From Paraspadella gotoi (lineage: Eukaryota > Animalia > Chaetognatha): a stretch of DNA of 64,000 bases. The stretch is taken from assembly GCA_051294375.1 (NCBI GenBank), contig CM119263.1, positions 578,019-642,018 of the forward strand, read 5' to 3'. The notes under the pieces are model-generated. The model was not told the origin of the DNA and did no database searches. It worked only from the letters and a program-made list of their open reading frames with translations. Shown piece after piece: positions 1 through 12,309 of the stretch (position 1 is the first letter of the stretch; each line of letters opens with the position of its first letter). Position numbers and translations under genes: made by a program.

Positions 1-1322
1 TTTTTTTGATTTAATTTCAAGGTTCAGTTATGTATCGTACCTCATCTTTTAAAACATAAATGAGGTTGAAAAAATATTCTCGTTTATCAAAAAATAAATG
101 GCAAGTTCACAAAAAGTCACAATAAAGAACGGTCTTTAAAAATTTATTTGTGGCCTAAACCAGAAAGTTTTTTATGATTAATTTCTAATTAAATAGGTGT
201 TAAAAGCCTTATTCAATAGGCTATATTGGTTTTCTTGTTAATTCATTTCAAACACAATTTATGATTTATTTTTGGTTAACACAATTATGATCAAAGGACT
301 GAACTCCAACTTATTGACTTGTTAACTTTAAAATTCTTTCATAGGCAAAAACTATACATGATTTAGCTAATAAAATTTACCCCAGAGGTAAAGAAAGATA
401 AGAAAGAACGCATTTCCAAAGTAAAAAAATTTTCTCAACTTTCCTTGGCCTATCAAATCAGAATTCGTAAGTTAAAAAAATGACAAAAAATGGACAGAAA
501 TTTTTTGGCTAAAAGTGTGCCAAAATGGTAACGTATTTTTATTCTTAAAAACGGGTGGAGAATGTTTGTTAACCAATCTGTTTCTTCGTTCCGGCCTAAT
601 TTTGTGTTGTGGTCAAGATTAATTCAACATTGCTAAGTAACAACTCGAAACAATAGTGGAAAGAAGGTCGTTTTTTTTTTTTCCTTAATGCAACTTTGTA
701 CGCGGAACCTTTAAGATTTTCGGCGCGATTCTGAACTTCCTCTTACAAAACAACTTTTAAATCTTCCGCAGTTAATTTTTTTTTCTTAAACGAGCGAAGG
801 GAATCCACAACTTCCTGTTATTTTAGATTTCTGGGTAAAAAATATAAATAAATTAAACATTAACATGAGAATATTAATGCAACAGTATAATGTCTTGTGA
901 GCTTGTGAGAGTTAAGTAATTAAAAAAAATCGCCTATTTTATTATTCGAAAATGACGAAGTAAAGTGAAGAAAGTTGAATGTCTTCCGGCTCATTTCAGG
1001 TAAAATATCCCTGTTCCTAGCTCATATAAATTAAAATAATGTTATTACTTTTTTGCTGGTGGAAAAGATAATAAATACTTAGGCTTGATGCGGTGTGAAT
1101 ATTATTGTTGTAGAACTTTTGCAAGCATGCATTGTAATATATCAGTTCAAGCAAATATGTAAGTTAAAAAATTATATTTCTTCTTTATCCAAAAAACTTT
1201 AGAAGTTTTAACTTAAGTAACAATTTAGTCTTTTTTTTTCTTTCAGAATCACTAAAAAAAAATTAATTTTATTTATTTTATGGTTTCATTAGTTTTAAAA
1301 ATTCATTATAATTTTGACATAG

Positions 1323-1826
1323 TTTGAAACTCTACCACCTGTAAAGAGGTTTCAGCAAAATAATTCTAATATTGTAACTGTATGTGCCCACAGATTATTG
1401 GGCTTCATTTTGACTATTGCATTCCCTGTATCTTTGTTCCTTCAAAAAGATCTATCAGGAATATCAGAATATCAGGAAAAAATTTTCTCTTAACCTTCTT
1501 TAATTTCTTCTTAATATAAAAAATTTCATGTTGTCAAAACCAGACCAATGGACTTTACCACGTTGGTTTACTATGAAGAGTCTTTGGTCAATAATGAAAA
1601 GAAAAAATTTGGCAAAGCTCTTGGACAAGAGGCCTTTCTAAATCTCATAAATTAAGTAATATTTATAACTTAACTAAACCCTAGCCCATTTACAATTTTC
1701 AAAAGCAAAATTTCCCAGTTCATTTCCTATAGTAAAAACAATGGTTTGAAAAATTTCTTTCCCGGAGATGATAGTGCATCTTCCCCTGGCTTGTTTGATA
1801 TTAATCCTTTATTCAAAATGCCATAA
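1323..1826 (+). CDS. Possible small spliced gene fragment, unknown product (mirrored at ~3940-4465)
   Basis: Protein-like stretches FETLPPVKRFQQNNSNIVT, MDFTTLVYYEESLVNNEKKKFGKALGQEAFLNL and PFTIFKSKISQFISYSKNNGLKNFFPGDDSASSPGLFDINPLFKMP*, with short gt...ag segments such as ...ctaaaccctag at 1684. Frames could not be joined rigorously. Confidence 0.25.
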
Positions 1827-2010
1827 CGAATTTGGCTAGCTCTTAAGATATAATAACGCTATCGGAATCGTGTGGTTTTTACAACTGTTTTCTTTAATAC
1901 CCGAATTTCTGGCAATCCTCGCTTTGCCAATTTGGTAGTCAGATCTTTAACGGAAATCTCTATTAGAAAAATGTTGAATTTTTTTTTTAAGCCGGACTTA
2001 TCGTCTAAAA

Positions 2011-2605
2011 TTACGTTAAATTTTCAGCAGACGTACATTGCGAATCTTGCAACGGAGAATTAAATTTAAAATTAAATTAAAATCAAATTTAAAATCAAAT
2101 TTTAAATTAAATTTAAAATTTAAATTAAAATAAAGAACTAAAAGGGATCCTTCTTTCTTTTTTTTCAGGTGGAGGAAATGACTTTGGAAAATCGGAACTA
2201 AAAGAGGTAGAAGTTTGTAAAACGATATGACAGAGCACGATGATAGCGAACGACGACGATGACAGTGACGACAAACAAATTATGACACGAACGACGACCA
2301 TCTCTCTCTTGTGTGGTGTTGTAATTACGTTAAATTTTCAGCAGACGTACATTGCGAAGTTTGACGGAGAATTAAATTTAAAATTAAATTTAAAATCAAA
2401 TTTAAAATCAAATTTTAAATTAAATTTAAAATTTAAATTAAAATAAAGAACTAAAGGGATCTTTTTCTTTTTTCAGGTGGAGGAAATGACTTTGGAAAAT
2501 CGGAAACTAAAAGAGGAGGTAAGTTTGTAAACGATAATGACAGAGACGATGATAGCGACGACGACGATGACAGTGACGACAACAAATATGACAACGACGA
2601 CGACG
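2011..2605 (+). repeat. ~300 bp direct duplication present only in the left palindrome arm
   Basis: ttacgttaaattttcagcagacgtacattgcgaa... starts at ~2011 and again at ~2325. The right arm has a single copy (~3460-3750). Confidence 0.85.
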
Positions 2606-2935
2606 AAGATTTTGACCTTGAGACGTGATTGGTGATTAGTGATGGGTGATTGTTTGATGGGTGATTGGTGATGGGCTTTGGGGACTCGGACACCGACTCG
2701 ACTAGTGGAAGAGAGAAAGGGAGTGAGGGAGGAGGAGGAGGAGGAGGAGGAGGAGCAGGATGGTGGTGGAGGAAGGTGGAAAACCGGGTGGTTGTTGTGG
2801 ATGGAAAGAAGAGAGAAACGAGAGCGATGCAGAAGTGGTTTAGTAATGCATATACATTATACAAAAAATAATTGTTATTAAACTCGTTTAGCAACTTAAG
2901 AGAATGTTGAAGGAAAAAGCGGAAAGTTAATGAAG

Positions 2936-2976
<41 letters not shown>

Positions 2977-5900
2977 TGAGAGAGAGAGAGAGAGACGACG
3001 ATAGAGAGATGAGAAGAGAGGAGCGAGAAGAGAGAGGAGAAGAGAGGAGTGAGAGAGGGGTGGTTGCGAGAATAGTGGCCAGGGGGAGATAGAGAGATGA
3101 GAGAGAGTTCTTCCTTCCATTAACTTTTCCGCCTTTTTTTCCTTCAACATTCTCTTAAGTTGCTAAAAACGAGTTTAAAATAACAATTTTATTTTTGTAT
3201 AATTATATGCATTACTTAAACCACTTCTGCATCGCTCTCGATTTCTCCTTCTTTCCATCCACAACAAACCACCGGTTTGCCACACCTCCTCCACCACCAT
3301 CCTCTCCTCCTCCTCCTCCCCTCCTCTCCCTCACTTCCCTTTCTCTCTTCCACTTAGTGTCGACGTCGGTTGTCCGAGTCTCCCAAAGCCCATCCACCAA
3401 TCACCATCAAAAACAATCAACCATCACTAATCACCAATCACGTTCAAGCGTCAAAAATCATTCGTTCGTCGTTCAGTGTCATATTTGTTTGTCGTCACTG
3501 TCATCGTCGTCGTCGCATCATCGTCTCTGCATAATCGTTTTTTACCAAACTACTACCTCTTTTAGTTTCCGATTTCCAAAGTCATTTCTCCACCTGAAAA
3601 AAAAAAGAAAAAGGATCCCTTTTAGTTCTATTTAATTTAAATTTTAAATTTAATTTAAAATTTGATTTAAATTTGATTTTAATTTAATTTTTAAATTTAA
3701 TTCTTCCGTTCAAATTCGCAAATGTACGGTCTGCTGAAAATTTTAACGTAATAGAACGATAATCCGCCTTAAAAAAAAAAAATTCAACATTTTTTCTATA
3801 GAGATTTCCGTTTAAAATCTGACTACCCAAATTGCAAACGAGGATTGCCAGAAATTCGGGGGGTTATTTTAAAAAAACAGTTGTAAAAACCACACGATTC
3901 CGATAGCGTTATTATATCTTAAGAAGCTAGCCAAAATTCTTTATGGCATTTTGAATAAAAGGATTAATATCAAACAAGCCAGTTGGGAAATGCCACTATC
4001 ATCTCCGGGAGAAGAAATTTTCAACTTGTTTGTTTACTATAGGAAATGAACTGGGAAATTTTTGCTTTTGAGAAAAAAATGTAAATGGGCTAGGGTTTAG
4101 TTAACGTTATAAATATTACTTCAATTTACTGAGATTTAGAAAGCCTCTTGTCCAAGAGCTTGCCAAATTTTTTCTTTTCATTATTGACCAAACAACTCTT
4201 CATAGTAAAACCAACGTGGGTAAAGTTCCATTGGTCTGGTGTTTGACAACATGTGAAATTTTTTATATTAAGAAGAAATTAAAAGAAGGTTTAAGAGAAA
4301 ATTTTTTCCTGATATTCTGATATTCCTGATAATCTTTTTGAAGGAACAAAGAACAGGGAATGCAATAGTACCAAAATGAAGCCCAATAATCTTGGGCACA
4401 TACAGTTACACAATATTTAGAATTATTTTGCTGAAACCTCTTTTTACAGGGGTAGAGTCTTCAAACTATGTCAAAATTATAATGATATTTTTTAAAACTA
4501 ATGAAACCCCATAAAATAAATAAAATTAATTTTTTTTAGTTGATTCTGAAAGAAAAAAAAAGACTAAATTTGTATACTCTAGTTAAAACTCTTAAAGTTT
4601 TTTGGATAATAAAGAAATATAATTTTTAACTTAAATATTTGCTTGACTGATATATTACAATCATGCTTGCAAAAGTTTCTACAACAATATTATTCACCCA
4701 TCACAGCCTAAGTATTTTTATCTTTTCCACCAGCAAAAAAGTAAAACATTATTTTAAATTTATATTTTATGATGCTAGGAACAGGGAATATTTTTTACCT
4801 GAAATGAGCCGGAGACATTCAACTTTCTTCACTTTACTGTCATTTTTCGAATAATAAAATAGCGCGATTTTTTTTTAATACTTAACTTCTCACAAGCTCA
4901 CAAGACATTATACTTTCATTCAATATCTCCAATGTTAATGTTTGTTAATTTATATAATAATTTTTTACCCAGAAATCTAAAATAAACAGGGGAAGTTGTG
5001 GAATTCCCTTTCGCTCGTTAAGAAAAAAAAATTAACTAGCGGAAGATTTAAAGTTGTGTAAGAGGAAGGTTCAGAATCCGCGCCGGAAAATCTTAAAGGT
5101 TCCGCGTACAAGTTGCATTAAGGGAAAAAAAAAAAAAACGACCTTCTCTTTCCACTATTGTTCAGTTGTTTACTTTACAATGTTGAATTAACTTGACCAC
5201 AACACAAAATTAGGCCGCGAACGAAGAAACAGATTGGTTAAAAACATTCTCCACCCGTTTTTAAGAATAAAAAATAGTTACCATTTTGGCACAAACTTTT
5301 AGACCATAAAAAATTTATGTCCATTTTTTGTCATTTTTTTTACTTACGACTTCTTGATTTGATGCCAAGGAAAGTTTGAGAAAAATTTTTTTACTTTTTT
5401 GGAAATCCGTTCTTTCTTTCTTCTTTACCTCTTGGGGGTAAATTTATTAGGCTAAAATCATGTATAGTTTTTGCCTATGAATGAATTTGTAAAGTTAACA
5501 AGTCAATAAGTTGGAGTTCAGTCTTTGATCATAATTTGTAACAAAAATAAATCATCAAATTGCTGTTATGAAATTTGAAATAACAGAAGAAAAAAATTAT
5601 TAGCCTATGAATAAGGCTTTTAACAACCATATTTTAATTAAAAATTAATTCATAAAAAACTTTCTGGTTTAGCCACAAATAAATTTTTTAAAGACCGTTT
5701 TTTAATTGTGACTTTTTGTGACTTGCATTTATTTTTTGATAAAGAGAAATAATTTTTTCAACCTCATTTATTAGTTTTAACAAGATGAGGTACGGTACAC
5801 TGAACCTATGAAATTAATCAAAAAAAAAAAACCCCCGCTTCCTTTTTAATTCCACTGGAAAGCATCAGGCAGGACCTTTGTTTTTCTTCAAAAATCGACA

Positions 5901-8109
5901 GAGATTTTTTGCGGAAATTTTTTCGCGCAAAATCTGTCGAATTTTACTAAATTTGCTTATGGCAACCAAAATGGAAAGGAAAAAATCACACGCTACCGTT
6001 GATTTTCTTCTTATAATGCATTTTTTAAAATATTTTTCTTGATTTGGCCTCAATGAACGCGTTGTGTGGGAGAGGAAAGACGAAATGGAAAAGCAAGAAA
6101 AAGAGGAAAGAGGAAGGGACTATAAAAGACAGGGGCGATAAGGCCAAAAAAAAAAAGAAGGCAAAATGGGGGGGGAGAAGAAAAATATAGTGAGACAAAT
6201 TAAAAGGTAAGGAAATGAGGACTGGGAGGGAAAATTGGAAATAAAAAGAGGGGAAAGGAACGGGAAAGATCGCGATCGAATGAGAAGGAGAGGAGAAATG
6301 TTGAGGAAAGTGCTTGAGTGGCAGAAGAAAAAAGTACGGGCGCCCCAAAAAAGGGAAAGATTGACAGAGTGAGAGAGAAAGTAAGGGAGCAGGGGAAAGA
6401 GGGAAGAAGAAAATTTAAAGAAAGAAAGTGAGAGAATAGAAAAGAAGTGAAGAAAAAGAATCCGGGAAAGCGATTAAGGGAAAAAAAAAAAAAAATTGTA
6501 TCAGAATCAATTGTGGCGTTAACCTAAAAACTTTTATGTAAAGTAAAAGACGTACGTGAAAGATTCTTATAGAGGAATTCGATCTTTAAAAATGATCATT
6601 CTTATACCATAAAAATTCGAAACCAAAACATACTTATATTCTAAATTACGCAGTTAAAATGGGATCAGATAAACAATCATTGAAAGAGAGGAAATCATGT
6701 CTACCGTTAATTTTTAACTCATATAGAAAATTTACCTGGAGTGTTCTAAGTGATAAGAAGCGAGAGATAACTTGAGACTACGTTTTTAACATGAAGTTAA
6801 GCTTCATACTAACTAATGAGATTTCAGAAAGATGGTAATTATTGAAAAAGTTCAGAATTTCGTTGTCTTAAAAAGGACATCGAATCGTACGTGGGAGCCT
6901 AAAAAGGGGGAAGAGCGGAAAATGTTGAAAAAAAGGAGAGGAATTTATGGGTCTGTTTTTGATCGATTTTCTTTCCTAAACCCATAGGCCAATTTAGACG
7001 CCGTAACTTAAGATACTTTATTCCAGTCATTCACTATCCAAAAAATATAAAAAACATTATGGAAAAAAAAGGGTTTGAGGATCGAGTTTAGGGAATTTGG
7101 TTCTACGTAAATTTGAGATGAAAAAAAACAGCGACGCGGAAAAGATTTTTTTTTAAAAAAACCTTTCCATATATCTCTTTCGATTAGGTAGTATTAAAAT
7201 GGGGTTCACGTCTTTTTTTTTTAGAAAAAATTTGGGACGTTTCAAGGTCTAATTGATACTGCCGCTCTTGCGTGCCCTCCCCTTAAAACATGCAAAAGCA
7301 ATACTATCATTCATTATCACACAAAGGTATCATACTGCATTAAATAATACATTACACATATTACATTTAGACATTTACCTGCTGGGAATATTACTTGCCC
7401 ATTTTTGGCCCCCCGCCCCCGCGCCGTCTTTCCGAATCGTTAGAGATCTGGAGCAAATTTTAGATTCGCCTGCTCCAATTTCCCCTCTTTCCTTTTCTTG
7501 CAAGAGGATGCGTAGCTGGAAAAAGTAGGAGCAGAAAGTAAGTGGAGAGGAATGCATTCTCATTCTAGATAAAAGATGTGATGAGAGAAGTATGGATATG
7601 GAATTTAAGTGGTCTACGACATATATATATGAGTAATTGCAAAAGAAAGAAAAAATAATGAAAGATAGAAAGGAAAGAAAGCAGAGAAAAGAAAGAAAGA
7701 AAAGAAAAAGGTGAGAAAGAAAGAAAGAAAGGGGTCGGGAAAAGAAAGAAAGAGAGAGAGAGGAAGGGAGAAAGAAGGAAAGAAGAAGAAAAGAGAAAGG
7801 AGAGAAGAAGGAGAGAGAAAGAAGAAATAAAGAAAGAAAGAAGTCAGTGAGAAACTCGTCAACAAGAAACGGTTTATTCCAAGGTGCTTGCGCCGCATTA
7901 CTTTTCTTTTTACTTAATCATATCATTATTTATTCCCTTATAGTTTATAAAGAGATTTCTTTGGAGTAGGACATGATGTTATTAACCTTTCTTTTTCTTT
8001 GTTAGTTTGATAGTAGAAAAATAAAGTTTTAATAATTTTTTTACAACAAATAATTAAAATAAAAACAAATTCGTTGTGCTTTAAAAAATCATTAAAAAAA
8101 CTTTTGTTT

Positions 8110-8337
8110 TTTCTACTTAAGATTTTTTAAAAGCAAAAGCGCGCCAAGTTAGTCACTTAGATTTGATTTTCTAATGCAGCAACAAACTATAGACAAGTTA
8201 TAAAGCGTTTTTAATGTAAGTAGGACAGATCGACGGACAGACATTACGATCGGACGACCGACCGACACCCGACCGAAAAGTGAAATTTTATTAGAGTTTG
8301 CTCCGCGGAGTACTCGCGGCTCGCAACTAAAAAACAA
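8110..8337 (-). mobile_element. Short dispersed repeat, Helentron/DINE-1-like (HINE) non-autonomous element, copy 1
   Basis: On the minus strand: TTTTTAGTTGCG, a palindromic hairpin (CCGCG-AGTACTC-CGCGG), ACTCTA, GTCG/GTCY microsatellite, then aatctaag...gcgc. Homologous to 34380-34610, 35035-35237, 40695-40880 and 55955-56145. Family assignment is inferred from the architecture. Confidence 0.55.
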
Positions 8338-9934
8338 ATGATTGTAGAAATTGAAACTCCAAGACCCTGGAGACAAGAATGACATATCGAATACAAATGT
8401 TAATCCGCAAAAAAAAAAATAAGCAGGAGATGTTTCTTTTCTTTTCTTTTTTATAAACCCAGAGAGCCCCCCTGCCCCCGCTTTCCTTTCAAACGAAGAT
8501 TCTCTCTCGCGTAAAAAAAAAAAAACGAGGAAAAAAGGGGAAAAAAAATGAAAATAAAAAAATAAAAAAAAAAATATTTGGGCTTCTGATTTTCGACATC
8601 AAAAAATTAAGAATCTCTTTTCCTTCTTTTGACAAAATTTATCCTGAGAATTTATTATGCGGTTCGAGAGGACGGAAGAAGAGGAAGAGGAAGACGGGAA
8701 AAGAAGGAGGAAGGAGCCAACCCAGGTATACGTACCGTCGTCGTTGTGTTTTCGTCGTTCGTTGTTGTGTCGTCGTCGTCGTTCTGCGTTTTGATATCGC
8801 CTCTCTTCTTGTTAATTATTTCTTGTTAGTTAATTTCCCCATTCTATATTAATTTATCTCCTGTTACGATATCATCGTCGTTTTCAAGTCAGTTGTTTGT
8901 AGTAATTAGTTTCGTTTCTGTTTTTCTTTTTCTGTTTTTTAGTCGTTTTTCTGTTTGTTGTTGTTTTGGACTTCCTTAGGGATGTTTTTGTTTCCGTTTC
9001 GTACTTCCTCTTCTTGTCCTGTCCGTTCGTCGTCGTCTGTATCGTCGTCTCTGTCTGTCGTCCGTCGTCGTCGTCTCTCGTCGTCTTCTTCTTTTCTTCC
9101 AATATCAACGATTTTATTGATTCCTTCTATAAAGATTTTTCGCGTCGTCTTGTCTAAACTTGGAAGTCTCTCTCTCTCTTCTCTCTCTCTTCTCTCTCTC
9201 TTTCTCCTCTTCTCTCTCTTCTCTCTCTCTCTCTCTCTCTTTCTCTCCTCTCCTCTCTCTCTCTCCTCCTCTCTCTCTCTCTCCGTTGTTTTAAACTTTG
9301 GGAAGGCGACGTGATCGAAGGACAAAGGAAAAGAATAATGAAAAAATTTGTGATTGTCTGTCGCCATAAGACAAGACGAACAAAGCAAATTTCAGATAAC
9401 AACTGTAGATAGAGATAGTCGCCACTCTCTCTCTCCTCTCTCTCTCTCTCTCCTCTCTCTTCTCTCTCTTCTCTCTCTCTCTCCGTCTAAGTCTAAACAC
9501 TCGTTTAGAAATTTTAGAAAAGTGAATATTAAAATGTTTATAGAAAATTTCCATTTTGCGATTTCAAATTTTTCCTTGCCGTAACGAAAATGTCACAAAA
9601 CTGTCACCCGAGCGTCACGAAAAACGGTGAAAAAACGGCGTGAGCGGCCATCACAGTTTACACCCTTCTCGATTCACATTTCGTCCAACTCACACCCATA
9701 TTAACTTGCAGTAACGAGGGAAATTTCTCCGATTTATTAGGTCGGAGAATATTCTGGATATTTTATTTCTCCTCGTTTGGAGCGAAATATGGTTGTTTTT
9801 CGACGCCGAAAACTAATAATCTAATTCCCACATTGATATAAACCTGATCAATGAAGTGGGAATCGATCATCACAACGAATCGACGCCGATATTTAAAAAC
9901 TAAGAAATCATCTGTGAACTTTCATATGGCGCTA

Positions 9935-10420
9935 GGTTGTGATAAATCTAGTTAGAGCACCATGAATCTGAAAACTATGGCAACAGCCGGGTTGCCTGAA
10001 TTTCCCATTAGGAATGGGGCAGCTCATTTGTGACCATTTCCTCACTGGACGGTTACCACTCGACAGCCTTCGCTTTTGGCCAATGCAGAGGGGAAGTTTC
10101 GTTAGGACTTGTGGTTGGAAACCACAAAACGCCTGGGATGGTGGGATTCCCGTCTGACCCCAAAAGTTGGATCGGCCTTTAATCAAAGGGAGGATGTGAG
10201 GCGCGTGTGAATATACCGCCACAACATTTTCTTTTCGCATTCGTACGAGCTTTTCTTTCAACTGTTTGTCTCGGGCAAGGCATGATACGTTCCGATTCTA
10301 TTCCTGGGTTGCACCGGCTCCGTGATCCATTCCCCCCGAGCGTACAGCAAACCGTTTGGTTTTTTTTCATTAAAACTTCATAAGGCCCCGTATTCATTCC
10401 CAAGCCCTTTGTTACATTCG
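9935..10420. other. Degenerate or frameshifted coding-like sequence, strand unresolved
   Basis: Complex, microsatellite-free sequence of moderate GC. There are overlapping short ORFs on the minus strand (109 aa, 74 aa) and protein-like stretches on the plus strand (DHFLTGRLPLDSLRFWP). No recognisable domain. Confidence 0.25.
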
Positions 10421-10729
10421 GTTAACTAAAAATGCGGGAAAGAAGTTGCGGATTAGGAACTTTCTTTCAGTCCAACACTTAACTTATCCCTCAGTTAGAG
10501 AAAGAAGGAAACGGATTATGGGATATTTGAAACCATTTTACTAGGCAAGTCAGATGGACCAGTTCGCAATCTGTTATTCACTGGCTCCTAATTCCTACAA
10601 AATTAAGCGGCACCGTCATTGAATTTCAGGTGCTCACGATAAACATAGTAAGATATAATATGGATAGTATAATCTTGAAAGTTAAAGGGTTGATCCCCGT
10701 TGTCCCCTCTGTGGCTGGAGTGCGGGACG

Positions 10730-11630
10730 AACATCGTTCTCTGGAGTGATCGATCGGTCGACGGATACTCGAAGCGAGGCATTGCCTCAACGTTCAGTAT
10801 TGTTCGTCAGCACAGCACCATAATGCGGCGTGAGCGCTCGGCCGCGCATATGACTTCTAGAGTTCTGGTATACATTATGAGGCAATACGTCTAGTCCTGC
10901 CTATGCCTGAATCATGGCAAGTATTAAAGCGGCAGCCGTCGATATGATTGACTTATAACCTGCTCCGTCGTGACTATAACGACGTCCCAGTCAGATGGAG
11001 CCCTAGTCGCTACACGACCCCACCTTTGTATCTGACCCAGCCTCTATTTCGACTGACCGCGACATCGTGGCAGCGGCCCCGCTCGAGATCGGTCCCTGAG
11101 GAGAACCGGTGCGCCAGCAGCCAGGGAAGACTACGCTAACTCGCGCACCGCGAGAAGAAGGACGGCTCACGGCAATGATTCGCTAGTGTGCTCTACCCCG
11201 TCGACTCTGCACATCGAACTGACGCCCATCTAGACTGTAATCTCACCAGGTAGATCTTGATCTCTGAGCTGACGATGAATTCAACTCCGACATGATTCAA
11301 TCAGACTAGTCGCCGCTCATCATACTGATGTGGTGGCTCTGATGTAAGAATCATGGCTCCTAGAGCGGCGGGCTGATCAGAGCCTGCTACACGCACTGCC
11401 CCTCCGCCAACGTCGGCCAGATCGTGCGGCGGGCTAGTAATCGCGTATCCTACTGTGGAGCGGGACGGGTCCCATCACGGTCGGCAGCTGATCCGGATCT
11501 CCGCGCTACTAATGGCTTCCGCTATAACTGACGAGTTCGTCGTTATAACAAAGACACTACAGCAAGGACCATGCGCTTCTCTACACACGCATCGCATATC
11601 GTCACATGTCGCTTCATGTTCACGGTCAGG
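10730..11630. other. Compositionally foreign ~0.9 kb random-like segment
   Basis: About 55% GC by spot count, no A or T run of 4 or more, few homopolymers, CpG and CTAG not depleted. Longest ORFs are only ~60 aa. Sharp contrast with the T-tract-rich flanks. Confidence 0.7.
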
Positions 11631-12309
11631 TTCGAAATAGCCTTTGATTTCGCTCGATCGAATTTTACCCCATTAGGGACTGCACCCTAACTAGAAATTC
11701 AGATTAAATGTTTTTTCAGATTTGAATTTTTGATTTTTTATTTTTACTGTTTAAGACAATGTTTCTTCAGAACTGTTTTGTTTTGGTTAGTACATTATTT
11801 TAAGAATTTATTTTATATTTTAAGTGTTGGAAGTAGGTGTTTTTAAAGAAAAAATATTTTATTTATTTTATTTTACGATTTTCGTACAAGTGCGATCCCT
11901 ACTCGAAAATTTTTTCTTCAGATTTTGACAGTTAAAAAATTGAAAATTTTTTAAATTCTATTCGAATTCGTTTAAATTTATGTACGAATTTCACATTGTA
12001 CAGTAAGTTCAAATGGGATTTTGGCGTACAGTCGTTATTCGTTATCTCGATTTCTTTTATTCATTTATTAATTTTTCAGCGTACGTCAAACCACGGCCTG
12101 TTTATTTGAAGTTCGCGACTTTGTAAATTTTAATGAGAAAGAAAAATATTTTTTACTGCCTCAATTTATTTTGGGTTTTCAATACGTCCTTTGTTTTTCT
12201 CCCTTTTTTCTCAGGTTTAGTTACCATCCTTGTTCTGTTACCGTTTTGAGGTTCAAGTTGAGTTGTGGAAAGAACTTTATTTTAAATTTTTCAAAGCTGA
12301 TAATTGCAG

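Larger units (their letters stand above)
1..5828. repeat. Giant fold-back inverted repeat (arms ~1-2972 and ~2979-5828), probably an artefact
   Basis: The window start (tttttttgatttaatttcaaggttcag...cctcatc) is the reverse complement of 5760-5828, and the match continues to the apex (CT)n-cataatg-(GA)n near 2975. The arms differ mainly by scattered 1-2 nt indels. Confidence 0.93.

Noticed and set aside
10730-11630. Recoded gene, reversed gene, or viroid/obelisk-like rod in the foreign segment
   Set aside because: Plus frames contain mixed stop types. The reversed reading gave only one ~99-codon stretch with no recognisable protein. A spot check of end-to-end pairing gave about 30% complementarity, near chance.
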